Part shown: positions 1-10,804 of the stretch, piece after piece
Layout of the letters: every line of letters starts with the position of its first letter
Position numbering within the stretch: position 1 is the first letter of the stretch
NCBI GenBank assembly: GCA_040220235.1
Contig: JAVJTO010000149.1
Direction: 5' to 3' (one strand)
DNA: 37,797 nt
DNA from: Coleofasciculus sp. B1-GNL1-01
GTDB lineage: Bacteria > Cyanobacteriota > Cyanobacteriia > Cyanobacteriales > Coleofasciculaceae
Program-made: the position numbers and the translations under genes
The notes under the pieces: model-generated
What the model was told of the DNA's origin: nothing
The model's input: only the letters and a program-made list of their open reading frames with translations
Database searches by the model: none

Positions 1-137
1 CTGCAATGCCTGTATTGAAAAATAGCAGGTTTGAGCAAGTAGAGGCATCTTGATAATGCCCATTCGGAATTCGGACAAAGGTTTCTCTGCCGAATCTGAT
101 GCGAGAATCTGCGTCTCTTCAGAGCGCAGAATGTCAA
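1..137 (+). mobile_element. Right end of an IS200/IS605-family element (omegaRNA-like structured tail); the rest lies outside the window
   Basis: GAAT (105-108), subterminal hairpin CTGCG-T-CTC-TTCA-GAG-CGCAG (109-129) and terminal TCAA (134-137) match the IS608-type GR/CR arrangement. Further hairpins at about 9-29, 45-60 and 69-95. Confidence 0.7.
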
Positions 138-1467
138 AACCACCCCAACCGCTGAAGCTGAACTGACTCAACAAGAAGGCAATTTCACTAATGCGTATGA
201 AAGCTATCTAGGGATTAGTAATACCCAAACGGCTACGCCTGAACAAGTGCAAACGACGCTGAGTCAAATTGAACAACAAACGGGCATAAAACCTGCCCTA
301 ATTTACGCCTTCTTTAAATCCCAAACCCCCACTCCCGAAAAACCCAATCCTAAAGATAAAACCGAAATTCTCTGGCAGTTTAACCCGTCCACTCCTCAAC
401 GCCAACAACTGTCCAGTAACCCCAATCCTCAACCCAGTGACCAACTGGAACTTGTCCTGGTTACTGCCTCTGGAGACATCATTCGCCGTCCTGTTCCTGG
501 TGCAACACGGGACAAAGTGATGCAACAAGTACAACAATTACGTCGCGCTGTTACCGATGTTCGCATTCCGCGTCCTTATAAAGAGTCGGCACAACAACTC
601 TATGATTGGTTAGTTTCTCCCATTGAAACGGAATTACAAGCCCAACAAATTAATAATCTCAGTTTCGTCATGGATAGTGGCTTACGTTCTCTCCCTATTG
701 CTACACTCTATGACGGAAGCCAATTTATTATCGAGAACTATAGTGTTGGTTTAATGCCAAGTTTTAGCCTCACCGATACCCGTTATGTGGATATCCGAAA
801 TGCTACTATCTTAGCCATGGGTGCCTCTCAGTTTGAGGAACAAGCTCCTTTACCGGCTGTCCCAAAAGAGTTATCGATTATTACTAACCAATTGTGGTCA
901 GGTCAGTCTTTTCTGAATCAAACTTTTACTCTAGAAAATCTCAAACAAGCCCGTGCTGACCAACCCTTTGGTATCTTGCATTTAGCCACCCATGGGGAGT
1001 TTAAACCAGGAAAAGCCAGTAATTCCTATATTCAGTTTTGGAATACCCGATTAACTCTAGACAAATTACAGGAGTTACAGTTAGATAATCCTCCAGTCGA
1101 ACTGATGGTTTTAAGTGCCTGTCGTTCAGCGTTAGGGGATGAACAAGCGGAATTAGGATTTACTGGATTAGCGGTACAAGCTGGGGTAAAATCGGCGTTA
1201 GGCAGTCTTTGGTATGTGAGTGATACCGGGACATTAGGACTAATGACCACGTTTTACCAACAGTTAAAACAAGCCCCGATTAAAGCTGAAGCCTTGCGAC
1301 AAGCACAAGTCGCAATGATGCGGGGAGAGGTGGAATTAGAAGGAGATGAATTAGTTACGCCATCGGCGAGAGTAGACTTACCAGAGGAACTACGGAACCA
1401 AGGTGATATTAATTTAACTCATCCGTATTATTGGAGTGCGTTTACCCTAGTCGGCAATCCTTGGTAG
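138..1467 (+). CDS. CHAT-domain (caspase-HetF) protease, 3' part of a gene apparently interrupted by the IS end; the ORF track starts it at GTG 247
   Basis: HLATHG and LSAC catalytic motifs, SLWYVSD, and C-terminal HPYYWSAFTLVGNPW. The frame stays open and protein-like upstream of 247 (ELTQQEGNFTNAYESYLGI) back to the IS boundary. Confidence 0.85.
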
Positions 1468-1468
1468 T

Positions 1469-1551
1469 TAGGGACTGCTGAATAAGTCTTGTGGTGGGGA
1501 GAGGGAATAGGCAATAGGCAATGGGCAATGGGCAATGGGCAATGGGCAATA
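1469..1551 (+). repeat. MITE/IS terminal-repeat-like sequence followed by a GGCAAT(A/G) heptamer STRR
   Basis: TAGGGACTGCTGAATAAGTCTTGTGGTGGGGAGAGG plus about 7 heptamers; near-identical copy at 37629. Confidence 0.65.
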
Positions 1552-1617
1552 ACCTGTCAAGTGATTCAACTACCCGAAGATATGGACATTGATTTAGCGG
1601 CGGCTACCTTTGGATAA

Positions 1618-2796
1618 TCACCTGGAATCTTTCAACAATAAATAATACAGGTTTCCATTCCCACCAATGACGCCAGCGCGATCGCCTGCCAAAACGCCTG
1701 TCCCCATAAATATATCCACTCGTCCGGGTCCTTTAATCGCACTTCCCGTATCTTGATCCAGAACATAGCGACTCACCCAACGGGACTCAAGTTGCCCTTG
1801 GGTATTAGGATAGGGAATCCGAGTTTGAATCAACGCCAATGCGCCGGGAGGCATTAAGGATTTATCCGTAGCAATCGATCGTTCGGCTGTCACAGGCACT
1901 CCCAGACTTCCGGTAGCAGGTGCGCCATTGGTTTCCCGGAAGAAGACAAAACTTTGATTCCGAGGTAAATACTGATCCAGTTCACTGGGAAATTGACGGA
2001 AATAATCAATTAACACGGGTAAGGTTAACCCTTCCAGAGGCAACTTGCCATCTTTGACCAATTCTCGCCCCACACTGGTATAGGGGTAATCCGTCTTCCC
2101 CGCATACCCAACCGTCATCACACTCCCATCAGGCAATTGCAACCGGGCAGAACCCTGAACATGAATCAAAAATGCCTGGAGGCGATCGCGCAACCAGACG
2201 AGTTCTAACCCATACAGAGGACTATTTTCACCAAACCCATCAACACCTTCTAAATCAGCACGAGTCGGGTGAGGCGTTTTCCAGTTATTAAAGTTTGTCG
2301 GTAAACGGTAAAGGGGATAGCGATACTCAGCGCTAGGGGTACGACTCGCAGGATAAATCGGTTCAAAGTACCCCGTAAACAAAACCGATCCCTGATCATC
2401 ATGTCCCACCGACTGATAAACCTCAAACTCGCGATTCACCGCCGCTTGCAGTTCCGCCGGGGAATTGGAGGTGAGCAGAAGTTGACGAAATCGCACCAGG
2501 GAACGGCGCACTCGTTCCAGGGTTATCCCTGGGATGGGATAGTTTTGGTAGACGGCGGCGGCTGTCGGCGTCGCCAGATAGCGCAGGCTATGGTCAATTG
2601 ATTTGAGTAAAGCTTGGCGATCCCCAGGTTGTTCAGGAGTCCCCCAGAGTTGCTCATCGAAGCCGAGGGAATCCAGTGTCACCGCTTCCGTATCAGGGTT
2701 TATTGGCTCTAGAGGAACATCGGGAACAGCCAAACTGCTGCCACCAAACAACAATATCCCTAAACTCAGGGAGAGACTCGTGAGTTGTTTTCTCAT
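1618..2796 (-). CDS. mltA: Membrane-bound lytic murein transglycosylase A (MltA/3D domain)
   Basis: FTGYFEP, QGSARL, SIATD and DQDTGSAIKGPGRVDIFMG motifs; N-terminal signal peptide. Confidence 0.93.
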   Translation of the reverse strand: MRKQLTSLSLSLGILLFGGSSLAVPDVPLEPINPDTEAVTLDSLGFDEQLWGTPEQPGDRQALLKSIDHSLRYLATPTAAAVYQNYPIPGITLERVRRSLVRFRQLLLTSNSPAELQAAVNREFEVYQSVGHDDQGSVLFTGYFEPIYPASRTPSAEYRYPLYRLPTNFNNWKTPHPTRADLEGVDGFGENSPLYGLELVWLRDRLQAFLIHVQGSARLQLPDGSVMTVGYAGKTDYPYTSVGRELVKDGKLPLEGLTLPVLIDYFRQFPSELDQYLPRNQSFVFFRETNGAPATGSLGVPVTAERSIATDKSLMPPGALALIQTRIPYPNTQGQLESRWVSRYVLDQDTGSAIKGPGRVDIFMGTGVLAGDRAGVIGGNGNLYYLLLKDSR

Positions 2797-2876
2797 GCTT
2801 GTCCAAACTGTGACGTTCTATGATTAATCATTAGTCATTGGATGGTGTACCAATGACCAATGACAAAGACTTCATT

Positions 2877-3128
2877 CTAAAAGCGCTCGACGCTACCCCC
2901 GAAGATGGGTTCCACCCGAATCGCTAAAACGCTGGAGGGGCGTACCACCATATATTCGCCCTGAATATTTTTAATCGGGACGCTGATAAAGTCATTCGAG
3001 GTCGCTTTGGGCATAAGTTCGCTACTGTACCATTTCTGAAACTCTTGAATCGTGGTAAAACGCACCTCTTCCCGGTGACCACCAGCCATAAGAATGTGAA
3101 CGGCAAACTCGTCTGGAGTTCTAGGCAT
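2877..3128 (-). CDS. Conserved cyanobacterial hypothetical protein (83 aa)
   Basis: ATG with GAGGAG RBS upstream, protein-like composition, co-oriented with neighbours. Confidence 0.8.
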   Translation of the reverse strand: MPRTPDEFAVHILMAGGHREEVRFTTIQEFQKWYSSELMPKATSNDFISVPIKNIQGEYMVVRPSSVLAIRVEPIFGGSVERF

Positions 3129-3181
3129 GAAATTTTCTCCTCAGTCCATCCCAATCATTATCTGTGACGATGAGGGATAAA

Positions 3182-3952
3182 TCACATCAACAGATTAAAC
3201 CGTTGCAGTAATGTTTCCATTACCACAGGCAAGGTCTTTTGTAAATCCTCAGGTTGGCGAAATAATAACTGCTGATGCTGAGGAACCTCAAAGGGAAACT
3301 GTCCCGGTAAGTCTTGGCGTTCCATCTGTACCAGCAAAATTTGTTCTCGGCGCTTACTGGTGAGGGCGTAACCGATTTCGACACAAACTTGGGGATTGGG
3401 GATCACTAGAGGGGTCTGTTCTCGGTCTACTTTCGCGATCGCGGTACCATCAGCGACAAATAGCAAACTCTTGCGGATGCGACGCATCTGGGTACTGCTG
3501 AGGCGCATTGGTTCACCCGCAGGGCGACGAGACTGTTCTAAAGCGAGGGGGAGACGCGATCGCTGATTAAAGCTTTCTAGGGTGTCATTGAGACTATCCC
3601 GTAGCGCTTCACTGGCACGAGAGCATTCATTTTGATAACTCAAAAAGATAATTGGCTCAAGTTGCGCCATCACCTCTTGCTTGGTGAAGTAAATCTCGTG
3701 GGAGATCAAATCAATATTAGAAATGGCGTAGCCACCACTCCCTTCGATGTAAAACTCTACTGTTTCCCCATCCAGGTAGCGTCCAAACCATTCCGATTGT
3801 TTGACATCCTGACTATCGTCTAAGAAGTCAGCCCTTAACCCTGATTTGAGCAAGCTGTTTTTGCTTAACCGCAAATCGTGAGGGCGTTTCTCCAGTTCTC
3901 TAATTGGTTCGTAGTCCTGGAGATACCAGGCTTTCAGAGCAATGATTGCCAT
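3182..3952 (-). CDS. Conserved cyanobacterial hypothetical protein with a possible TIR/nucleoside-deoxyribosyltransferase-like C-terminal domain
   Basis: 256-aa ORF with the pattern IFLSYQ...LFVADGT...PNPQVCVEIGYAL. Confidence 0.75.
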   Translation of the reverse strand: MAIIALKAWYLQDYEPIRELEKRPHDLRLSKNSLLKSGLRADFLDDSQDVKQSEWFGRYLDGETVEFYIEGSGGYAISNIDLISHEIYFTKQEVMAQLEPIIFLSYQNECSRASEALRDSLNDTLESFNQRSRLPLALEQSRRPAGEPMRLSSTQMRRIRKSLLFVADGTAIAKVDREQTPLVIPNPQVCVEIGYALTSKRREQILLVQMERQDLPGQFPFEVPQHQQLLFRQPEDLQKTLPVVMETLLQRFNLLM

Positions 3953-4005
3953 GCTGTGTGATCAAGGATTCCGCAGCTAACATTAAAATTCCCAGTCTTG
4001 GAATT

Positions 4006-4374
4006 TTAGCAGTAAGCGGAAATATCTTCACCACATTCATCGGCTAAATAGCACAGCGCCCGGAAGCGTAACCCTACCACTTCGTCATAGAAGGGATTCA
4101 GCTTACACAGAGGCGGAATGTGAAACAGGGTATGCCCAAAGAGTTTAATATCGCGCTCGAAGGGACATTGGGCGGGGATCAGATGGCAGATCAAGTGTGC
4201 CAGTTGCGGATTATGGACTTCAATTCCATCAATCCACTGTTTAATCGGTTTGAGCAAATCAAACCGTTTTTTCGGTTGGGGAGGTTGGGTTGGGGTTGAG
4301 GACGGCTGCTTTGGCTCTATCCAAAACCATTTCGTAAGAATTGGGGTCTTTGTTGTAAAATCAGATACACTCAT
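4006..4374 (-). CDS. Mo-dependent nitrogenase C-terminal domain protein
   Basis: ICHLIPAQCPFERDIKLFG...IPPLCKLNPFYDEVVGLRFRALCYLADECGED signature; probable start at ATG 4374. Confidence 0.88.
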   Translation of the reverse strand: MSVSDFTTKTPILTKWFWIEPKQPSSTPTQPPQPKKRFDLLKPIKQWIDGIEVHNPQLAHLICHLIPAQCPFERDIKLFGHTLFHIPPLCKLNPFYDEVVGLRFRALCYLADECGEDISAYC

Positions 4375-4919
4375 AAATCGTTCCTGTGCTAGCAACAAAT
4401 CAACTAAACCACTTGTTATCCACCTACAACTACTCTGGCATTTATACCGGATGAATGTCCGTAAAGGTTTAGTGAAGTTTCAGCGTGAATTTTGCACGTT
4501 CTGTAAACTTCTCTACGAACAAAAGCGAGTGGATTCAAGGTGTCTCGGTTCTGTTGGTGATCCCCCAGATATTAAGAAAACTGGGTTCTATAGGCTACTC
4601 TAATCAATGAGCAGCGCATCTTAAAAGGAGTATTTATGAGGCGTGACTGGGTTGTCAGTCAATACGCCAGGACGATTGATAAAAAAGCTGATAATTGTCG
4701 ATTTATCTTCATTATTAAAGCTAGAGTACTGATTTTCATGTTGCCAGAGGCTGAACTTGGGGGCATCCGTAATCTAACTGAAGTTCAGTTCACTCGCAGT
4801 AGCGGTGTCCGTGACAGCACTTATAAGGATAACTCATTAAGGTGATTAAGTTAACTGATATATTAGGAAGCGATCGCAAAATCCTTGGGATGGCTCTGGT
4901 ATCGGCGATTCATCGGTAT

Positions 4920-5111
4920 CCGCTCCATGGGGTCAGGTCAGGTTACCTCTAGTCCTCGCAGGCAATGCAAGGCTCTTGCTTTTTCGTCAAATAGAAACAG
5001 TTGAATGTACGACTGGTTAACCAGTTTCCGGATTTTGCTTGAACAGAGCCAATCCATTGCTAAATAGAGTTCATCTTCATCGGCTCCCTCTACTCCCAAT
5101 TGATACAGTAA
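4920..5111 (-). pseudogene. Internally deleted IS1634-family transposase remnant
   Basis: Minus-strand translation LLYQLGVEGADEDELYLAMDWL-CSS-KIRKLVNQSYIQLFLFDEK...EVT*PDPMER joins two motifs that lie far apart in intact IS1634 transposases. Confidence 0.65.
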
Positions 5112-5131
5112 ACCTCAGATCGCACTCTCTC

Positions 5132-5425
5132 TCAATCGCAAACATCTGGGGGACTAACTGGGCAAGTTGGCTGTGTGATGGGATTACCTTCAAGGTTAAG
5201 CCACACCAAATTTGAAAGTCCTGCCAAAGAGCTGACATCTTTTATTTTGTTGTCGCTGAGGTTAAGCTCAGTCAGATTCGTTAGTCCTGTTAAAGAACTG
5301 ACATCTTTTATTTCGTTGTCGTTGAGGTAAAGCAAAGTTAGATTGGTAAGTCCGAATAGAGGACTCACATCCGTTATTTCGTTGTCGTCGAGCCAAAGCA
5401 AAGTTAGATTGGTAAGTCCAGAAAG
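5132..5425 (-). pseudogene. C-terminal fragment of an internalin-like leucine-rich repeat protein
   Basis: 22-aa LRRs (LTNLTLLYLNDNEIKDVSSLTG) and a CPVSPPDVC cap; the frame begins mid-repeat directly after a stop. Confidence 0.8.
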
Positions 5426-5709
5426 TTAATCCGTTTCATTCCTTCCAAAAGAGCTAACGTGCAAAATTGGGATGCTCCCGAAGTTAGCTTGAGTTTAGGC
5501 AATGTTTTAAATCAGCGAATTTACACGGATTCAGGTCAAGTCATCGTCCAGCCAGGAAGCTATGCGAGATTTACCTGGAACAACAGAAATGGAACAGGTA
5601 CTTATGTTTATCGTTTGATTGCTCTAAAAATAATAAGTTGGGTTTCATTGCGTTTTCCCAACCTACAAAATACCAACCCAATAAGATTTGATGGAATCCT
5701 ATTTACATT

Positions 5710-5737
5710 GTAGAGACGTAGCATGCTACGTAACTAC
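5710..5737. repeat. GTAG-type palindromic REP downstream of rnj (possible terminator role)
   Basis: GTAGAGACGTAGCATGCTACGTAACTAC near-perfect palindrome; a second inverted REP-like element at about 5637-5666. Confidence 0.65.
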
Positions 5738-5749
5738 AGCCGGAATAAT

Positions 5750-7543
5750 CTAAGAAGCCGCCTTAGCCGCTGTACGCTGGCGACGACGCCCTACCCGTTT
5801 CACAGGTGCTTCCTCTGGATTTTGTAGTAAGAATACCACTAGAGGACGGCTTTGCAGTTCGCGGCGCGTTAACCGTTCTAAATCCCCCTCAATTTTCTGT
5901 TGCAATCCTGTCCAGTCAACTTCTGGTTGTTTTTTGCCATCCAATGACTTGGCAAAGTCTGTCCACTGCTCACTCAATGTGCGCTCAATCCGCTTAATTA
6001 CTAACTGCTGGAGTAGGGATTTCTCCACACTAGCCACGACACCCCGCAGGTGAATTTCGGGTTGGGCGAGGAGTTTACCCTCCCAACTTACGGCGGCGGC
6101 GACAGTCACTACACCGTCTCCCGCTAACTGCTGACGTTCTTTGAGAACTTCATGATGCACGATACCGGAGCGATCCACTAACTCAATACCGGAGGGAACT
6201 TGACCGACAATACTAATGCTATCTTCGGTTAATTCCACCATATCCCCGTTATTGGTAATTACCATATTTTCCGCCGGGATACCCATCTTTTGCGCCATTT
6301 TGCCATGTTGGATCAGCATCCGATGTTCCCCGTGAACGGGCATGAAAAACTTAGGTCGGGTTAAGGCGAGCATTAATTTATGATCTTCTTGAGCGCCATG
6401 ACCGGAAACGTGAATTCCTTGATGGCGTCCATAGATAACGTTTGCTCCTTGCATCATCAGGCGATCGATGGTATTGACAACCGCGATCGTATTTCCGGGA
6501 ATGGGGTTCGCGGAGAAGACTACCGTGTCACCCTCTTGAATTTTCAGTTTCCGGTGTTCCCCTTTGGAAATCCGGGTGAGAGCCGCTAAAGGTTCACCTT
6601 GAGACCCAGTGGTAAGAATTAATACTTTTTCTGGGGGTAAACTATTGGCGGCGTGGAGTGGCTCGAATAAGCTATCGGGACATTTTATATACCCCAGATT
6701 ACGAGCTTGGGCAATCACATTCAGCATCGAACGCCCGACAACAGACACCACTCGGTTTTGTTTTTGTGCCAGATCTAAGATGAGTTGCACTCGATGAACT
6801 GATGAGGCGAATGTGGTGACCAGTATTCGTCCCGGTGCTTGGGAGAAAATACGATCCAGATTCGGATAAACGGACGCTTCAGAAGGGGTATGTCCGGGAA
6901 CTTCGGCGTTGGTGGAATCGCTGAGAAGACAAAGGACGCCTTTTTCGCCATGTTCGGCTAATCGTTGAAAATCAAAGTATTCACCATCGACCGGGGTATG
7001 ATCGACTTTGAAGTCTCCGGTGTGGACAACGACGCCAATGGGTGTGTGAATCGCGACGGTAAAACTATCGGCAATGGAGTGAGTGTTGCGAATATATTCG
7101 ACCATAAAGGACGAGCCAATCCGCACCATGTCGCGAGGACTCACGGAATTTAACTTAGTGCGATCGCTAACTCCAGCTTCCTCCAGTTTGCCTTTCAGCA
7201 GCGCCATTGCCAATCTAGGTCCGTGAATGACGGGAATATCAAATTGCTTCAGGTGATAGGGAATGCCACCAATATGATCTTCGTGACCATGGGTGACAAT
7301 CATACCCTTGATTTTATGGCGATTTTCCCGCAAATAGGTCATATCGGGTAGAACGATATTAACCCCGTGCATTTCATCATTAGGAAATCCTAATCCTGCA
7401 TCTAAGAGAATAATCTCGTCGTTGAACTCGAAAATGCAGGTATTTTTGCCGATTTCATGCAGCCCACCCAAGGGAATTATTTTTAGAGCGGGTGAAGATT
7501 TTTTGCTAGTCAATTTGCCTCCTTTGAGAGTTCTATTACTCAT
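5750..7543 (-). CDS. rnj: Ribonuclease J (beta-CASP)
   Basis: PLGGLHEIGKN, THGHEDHIG, HTGDFK, TGSQGEP, HVSGH and PVHGEHR motifs. Confidence 0.97.
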   Translation of the reverse strand: MSNRTLKGGKLTSKKSSPALKIIPLGGLHEIGKNTCIFEFNDEIILLDAGLGFPNDEMHGVNIVLPDMTYLRENRHKIKGMIVTHGHEDHIGGIPYHLKQFDIPVIHGPRLAMALLKGKLEEAGVSDRTKLNSVSPRDMVRIGSSFMVEYIRNTHSIADSFTVAIHTPIGVVVHTGDFKVDHTPVDGEYFDFQRLAEHGEKGVLCLLSDSTNAEVPGHTPSEASVYPNLDRIFSQAPGRILVTTFASSVHRVQLILDLAQKQNRVVSVVGRSMLNVIAQARNLGYIKCPDSLFEPLHAANSLPPEKVLILTTGSQGEPLAALTRISKGEHRKLKIQEGDTVVFSANPIPGNTIAVVNTIDRLMMQGANVIYGRHQGIHVSGHGAQEDHKLMLALTRPKFFMPVHGEHRMLIQHGKMAQKMGIPAENMVITNNGDMVELTEDSISIVGQVPSGIELVDRSGIVHHEVLKERQQLAGDGVVTVAAAVSWEGKLLAQPEIHLRGVVASVEKSLLQQLVIKRIERTLSEQWTDFAKSLDGKKQPEVDWTGLQQKIEGDLERLTRRELQSRPLVVFLLQNPEEAPVKRVGRRRQRTAAKAAS

Positions 7544-8041
7544 TAATTACAACCTTAAACTTGAGTTGAAAATTGCCAATTTCTTAGGAAATAAATTTTA
7601 GGCAATAAACTTATCTTATTTAATCTAGGCTAACTCAATTTTGTCAGAAATGGTAGCTTTTCTTATTTGAATTATAAGTGAACCTATCGGAAAGAAAAAA
7701 CATAAGATGTGATCCATCATTGAGAACGGCTATAAAAATCCAGACCAGAAAGAACAAGAGGGTACCATTCAACATGGTATCCTTGGCTCAATGCCTGCTG
7801 TCATTAATTCAACTTGACTCACAAGTTTTATTAAAAAACTGAGTTGGTGTCTAGAGTTTATCGATAAAAACTATGGAATTATCGGTAAATTATCTCTCTA
7901 GCACCTGAATGGGCAAGGAGCAGACAATAGGCTACTTTAGCCCAAAAATCAAGAGTAGTTCATAGATAAATGTTTCGTTGTATTCATTTTACGGGAAATT
8001 TAACTCTCCTATACATCTACATCAACAACATTGATGACCAT

Positions 8042-8926
8042 TTAAAGTAAAGAAAGGTCTTGGAGAACCGTCTTGACTTGTTGTTCCAATTCCATCGGCA
8101 GATCACTTAATGGTGGGCGGGGTGAACCAACGTCCCATCCTTGAAGTTTTAATGCGGCTTTGAGTGGAATAGGATTGGCAGTACAAAACAAGACTTTAAA
8201 TAACGGAAAAAGCTTTAAGTGAATGTCTCTGGCTAGGTCAGTTTGACCCGCTTGGAAAGCCTGGATCATCTGCCGAAGTTCTAGACCAACAAGATGGGAG
8301 GAAACACTGACGACTCCACTTGCCCCTAGTGCTAATAAGGCTAAGGTAAAGGAATCTTCTCCTGAGTAAATAGCAAAATCCGGTGGCGTCAGACGCCGTA
8401 CTTGACTGCCTTGCTCGAAGCTACCACTCGCCTCTTTAATCGCTACAATATTGGGAATTTCCGCTAAACGGGCAACGGTTTCCGGCTGGAGGTTTTGACC
8501 CGTGCGACCCGGTACATTGTAGAGCATTACAGGCAAGTCAGGACTAGATTTGGCAACTGCCTGGAAATGATTATAAAGTCCCTCTTGGGGAGGTTTATTG
8601 TAATAGGGAACCACCTGTAATGAACCATCTACCCCCAGTTTAGCGACTTTTTGGGTGGCTGCGATCGCTTCTTGGGTGGAATTTGACCCTGTGCCAGCGA
8701 TGACCTTGGCTTTCCCCGCCACCGCTTTTTGCACGACCTGAAATAACTGAGACTCTTCCTCCCATGTCAATGTCGGGGATTCACCCGTTGTACCACAGAC
8801 GACGACGGTATCGGTACCCTGTTCCACTAAATGAGCCGCTAATTTCTCAGCAACCTGATAATTCACACTGCCGTCTTCTTTAAACGGCGTAATCATTGCC
8901 GTTAATACACGTCCAAAATTGACCAC
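8042..8926 (-). CDS. dapA: 4-hydroxy-tetrahydrodipicolinate synthase
   Basis: [23 protein letters not shown] and AIKEASG motifs. Confidence 0.97.
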   Translation of the reverse strand: MVNFGRVLTAMITPFKEDGSVNYQVAEKLAAHLVEQGTDTVVVCGTTGESPTLTWEEESQLFQVVQKAVAGKAKVIAGTGSNSTQEAIAATQKVAKLGVDGSLQVVPYYNKPPQEGLYNHFQAVAKSSPDLPVMLYNVPGRTGQNLQPETVARLAEIPNIVAIKEASGSFEQGSQVRRLTPPDFAIYSGEDSFTLALLALGASGVVSVSSHLVGLELRQMIQAFQAGQTDLARDIHLKLFPLFKVLFCTANPIPLKAALKLQGWDVGSPRPPLSDLPMELEQQVKTVLQDLSLL

Positions 8927-8945
8927 CCTTCTTTCACTCCTATTT

Positions 8946-8988
8946 GGTCGTTAGTCATTGGTCATTGGTCATTGGTTATTAGTCATTA
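8946..8988. repeat. STRR heptamer tandem repeat GTCATT(G/A)
   Basis: About 6 imperfect 7-bp units between asd and dapA. Confidence 0.8.
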
Positions 8989-9081
8989 GGAATAGAGCTA
9001 AAATCAACTCTGAACTAACGACAATAGACACACAACAGCTTTGCCACAGGATAGAACAAAGAACATCAGACCAATGACAAA

Positions 9082-10125
9082 TTAATGAGCCATCATTGCT
9101 GTTGCTGGCTTTAACCAATTTCGTTCCACCAACAACTCGGCAATTTGTACAGCATTCAACGCTGCCCCTTTGCGAATTTGGTCACCACTCAACCAAATCT
9201 CTAATCCACAGGGATGAGACACGTCTTGTCGAATTCGCCCCACCAGAACATCGTCCTTACCCGTAGCATCTATTGGCATCGGGAAATAGTTCGCCTGCCA
9301 ATCTTCCACCAGTCGCACTCCTGGTGCATTGGCAAGTAGTTCCTTAGCTGTGGCGACAGACATCGGTTGAGCAAACTCTAGGTTAATCGCTTCTGAATGA
9401 GCTCTCAGCACAGGAACTCGAACACAAGTGGCGCTGATACGAATCTGGGAATCATCGAAAATTTTACGAGTTTCGTTGACCATTTTCATCTCTTCCTCAC
9501 AATATCCCTGATCATTCAAGGGAGAATTGTGCGGGAATAGGTTAAACGCCAAGGGGTAGGGAAAGCTTTCCGTGGGTGGCGTTTGCTCCTGCAAAATGGC
9601 TTGAGCTTGGGCTTTAAGTTCTTCCATCGCCCGTCTACCTGCACCGCTAGCTGATTGATAGGTAGCGACGATAATCCGTTGGACAGGTTGCACCTGATGC
9701 AGGGGCCAAACGGCTACTGCCATTAATATTGTCGTGCAGTTGGGATTGGCGATAATTCCTTTATGCTTCGCCGCCGCTTCCGGATTAACCTCAGGAATAA
9801 CCAGGGGGACGTCAGGATTCATACGAAAAGCACTGGAATTGTCAACCACCACAGCTCCCTGCTCAACGGCTTTAGATGCCCAGGCTTTGGATGTTGACCC
9901 CCCAGCCGAGGCTAAAACCAAATCAACCTCTTTAAACGAGTCCTCCCCCACGGCTTCCACCAGTAGGGATTCGCCTCGAAACTGGAGAGTCCGTCCCGCC
10001 GAACGAGGTGAGGCTAAAAGCTTTAAATGGGTAAGGGGAAAGTTACGGCTTTCTAATAATTCCAGTAACTCGGCGCCGACTGCACCCGTTGCGCCCAGTA
10101 TAGCAACGCGAACTTGACTAGACAA
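9082..10125 (-). CDS. asd: Aspartate-semialdehyde dehydrogenase
   Basis: GATGAVG, DNSSAFR, IANPNCTT, TYQSASGAG and DQIRKGAALNAVQIAE; probable TTG start at 10125 (ORF track 10185). Confidence 0.96.
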   Translation of the reverse strand: MSSQVRVAILGATGAVGAELLELLESRNFPLTHLKLLASPRSAGRTLQFRGESLLVEAVGEDSFKEVDLVLASAGGSTSKAWASKAVEQGAVVVDNSSAFRMNPDVPLVIPEVNPEAAAKHKGIIANPNCTTILMAVAVWPLHQVQPVQRIIVATYQSASGAGRRAMEELKAQAQAILQEQTPPTESFPYPLAFNLFPHNSPLNDQGYCEEEMKMVNETRKIFDDSQIRISATCVRVPVLRAHSEAINLEFAQPMSVATAKELLANAPGVRLVEDWQANYFPMPIDATGKDDVLVGRIRQDVSHPCGLEIWLSGDQIRKGAALNAVQIAELLVERNWLKPATAMMAH

Positions 10126-10804
10126 ACGATCTACCTCCAATTTTTTAACACATCGATTCTGTGGACAGTGACTTAACGTAGCCAAAAAAACAATTAAATT
10201 TTCTTAAGGTTAAAACATTATTTAAGGGAAATATGTAATCTATATTTTGACAAAATCCATACGATTTGAATAAATGTGATTCTTGTCTTGTGATAACAGG
10301 ACAGACCTAGGTTTGCGCCAATTGACTGAGATATTACCGTTGGCTTGCCCTTAACGGGACAAATTAACGATAACAGTTCTCGTTCGGAGTTGATGAGTAG
10401 GCAGCTCAATTCATATCCCGACTTCAAGAGGTAGCTGGCTACGTCTGCTGGAACAGGCAGTCCAAGTTCTCCTGGCTTCGACAGTGGAAACCTTTTGCCT
10501 AGCCTAGCTGGTTTAGGGGTAGATTCGCTGCTGTAGACGCTCTGAATGTACTATCATCAGATACGGAAACCCCGCCCGACCGACTCAATCTATGTCTCTT
10601 TTATACCCTGAAACAATGACTAGAACTCAAAATAACTCGTTGTCAGACTAGCATATCATGAGGGGTTTGCATTACCCTCTAAAAGAACTCGATGATCACA
10701 AAGCTGTTGAATCATTCGTCATTCATCTCACGCTCTACTGTTGAGTGAGCGTGATGCATCCCCCCGAAAGAGCTAAAATTCAGTTGTCTCCAAAACAAGC
10801 GTCA

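Noticed and set aside
1..137. IStron (self-splicing group I intron-IS hybrid) restoring the CHAT gene
   Set aside because: The end is TCAA rather than a terminal G, and no intron core is visible in the window.
138..1467. Functional link between the CHAT protease and the NLR-caspase island
   Set aside because: Separated by 16 kb of housekeeping genes with no shared motif.
10200..10800. ncRNA between asd and tig
   Set aside because: No recognisable RNA family; consistent with a divergent promoter region.
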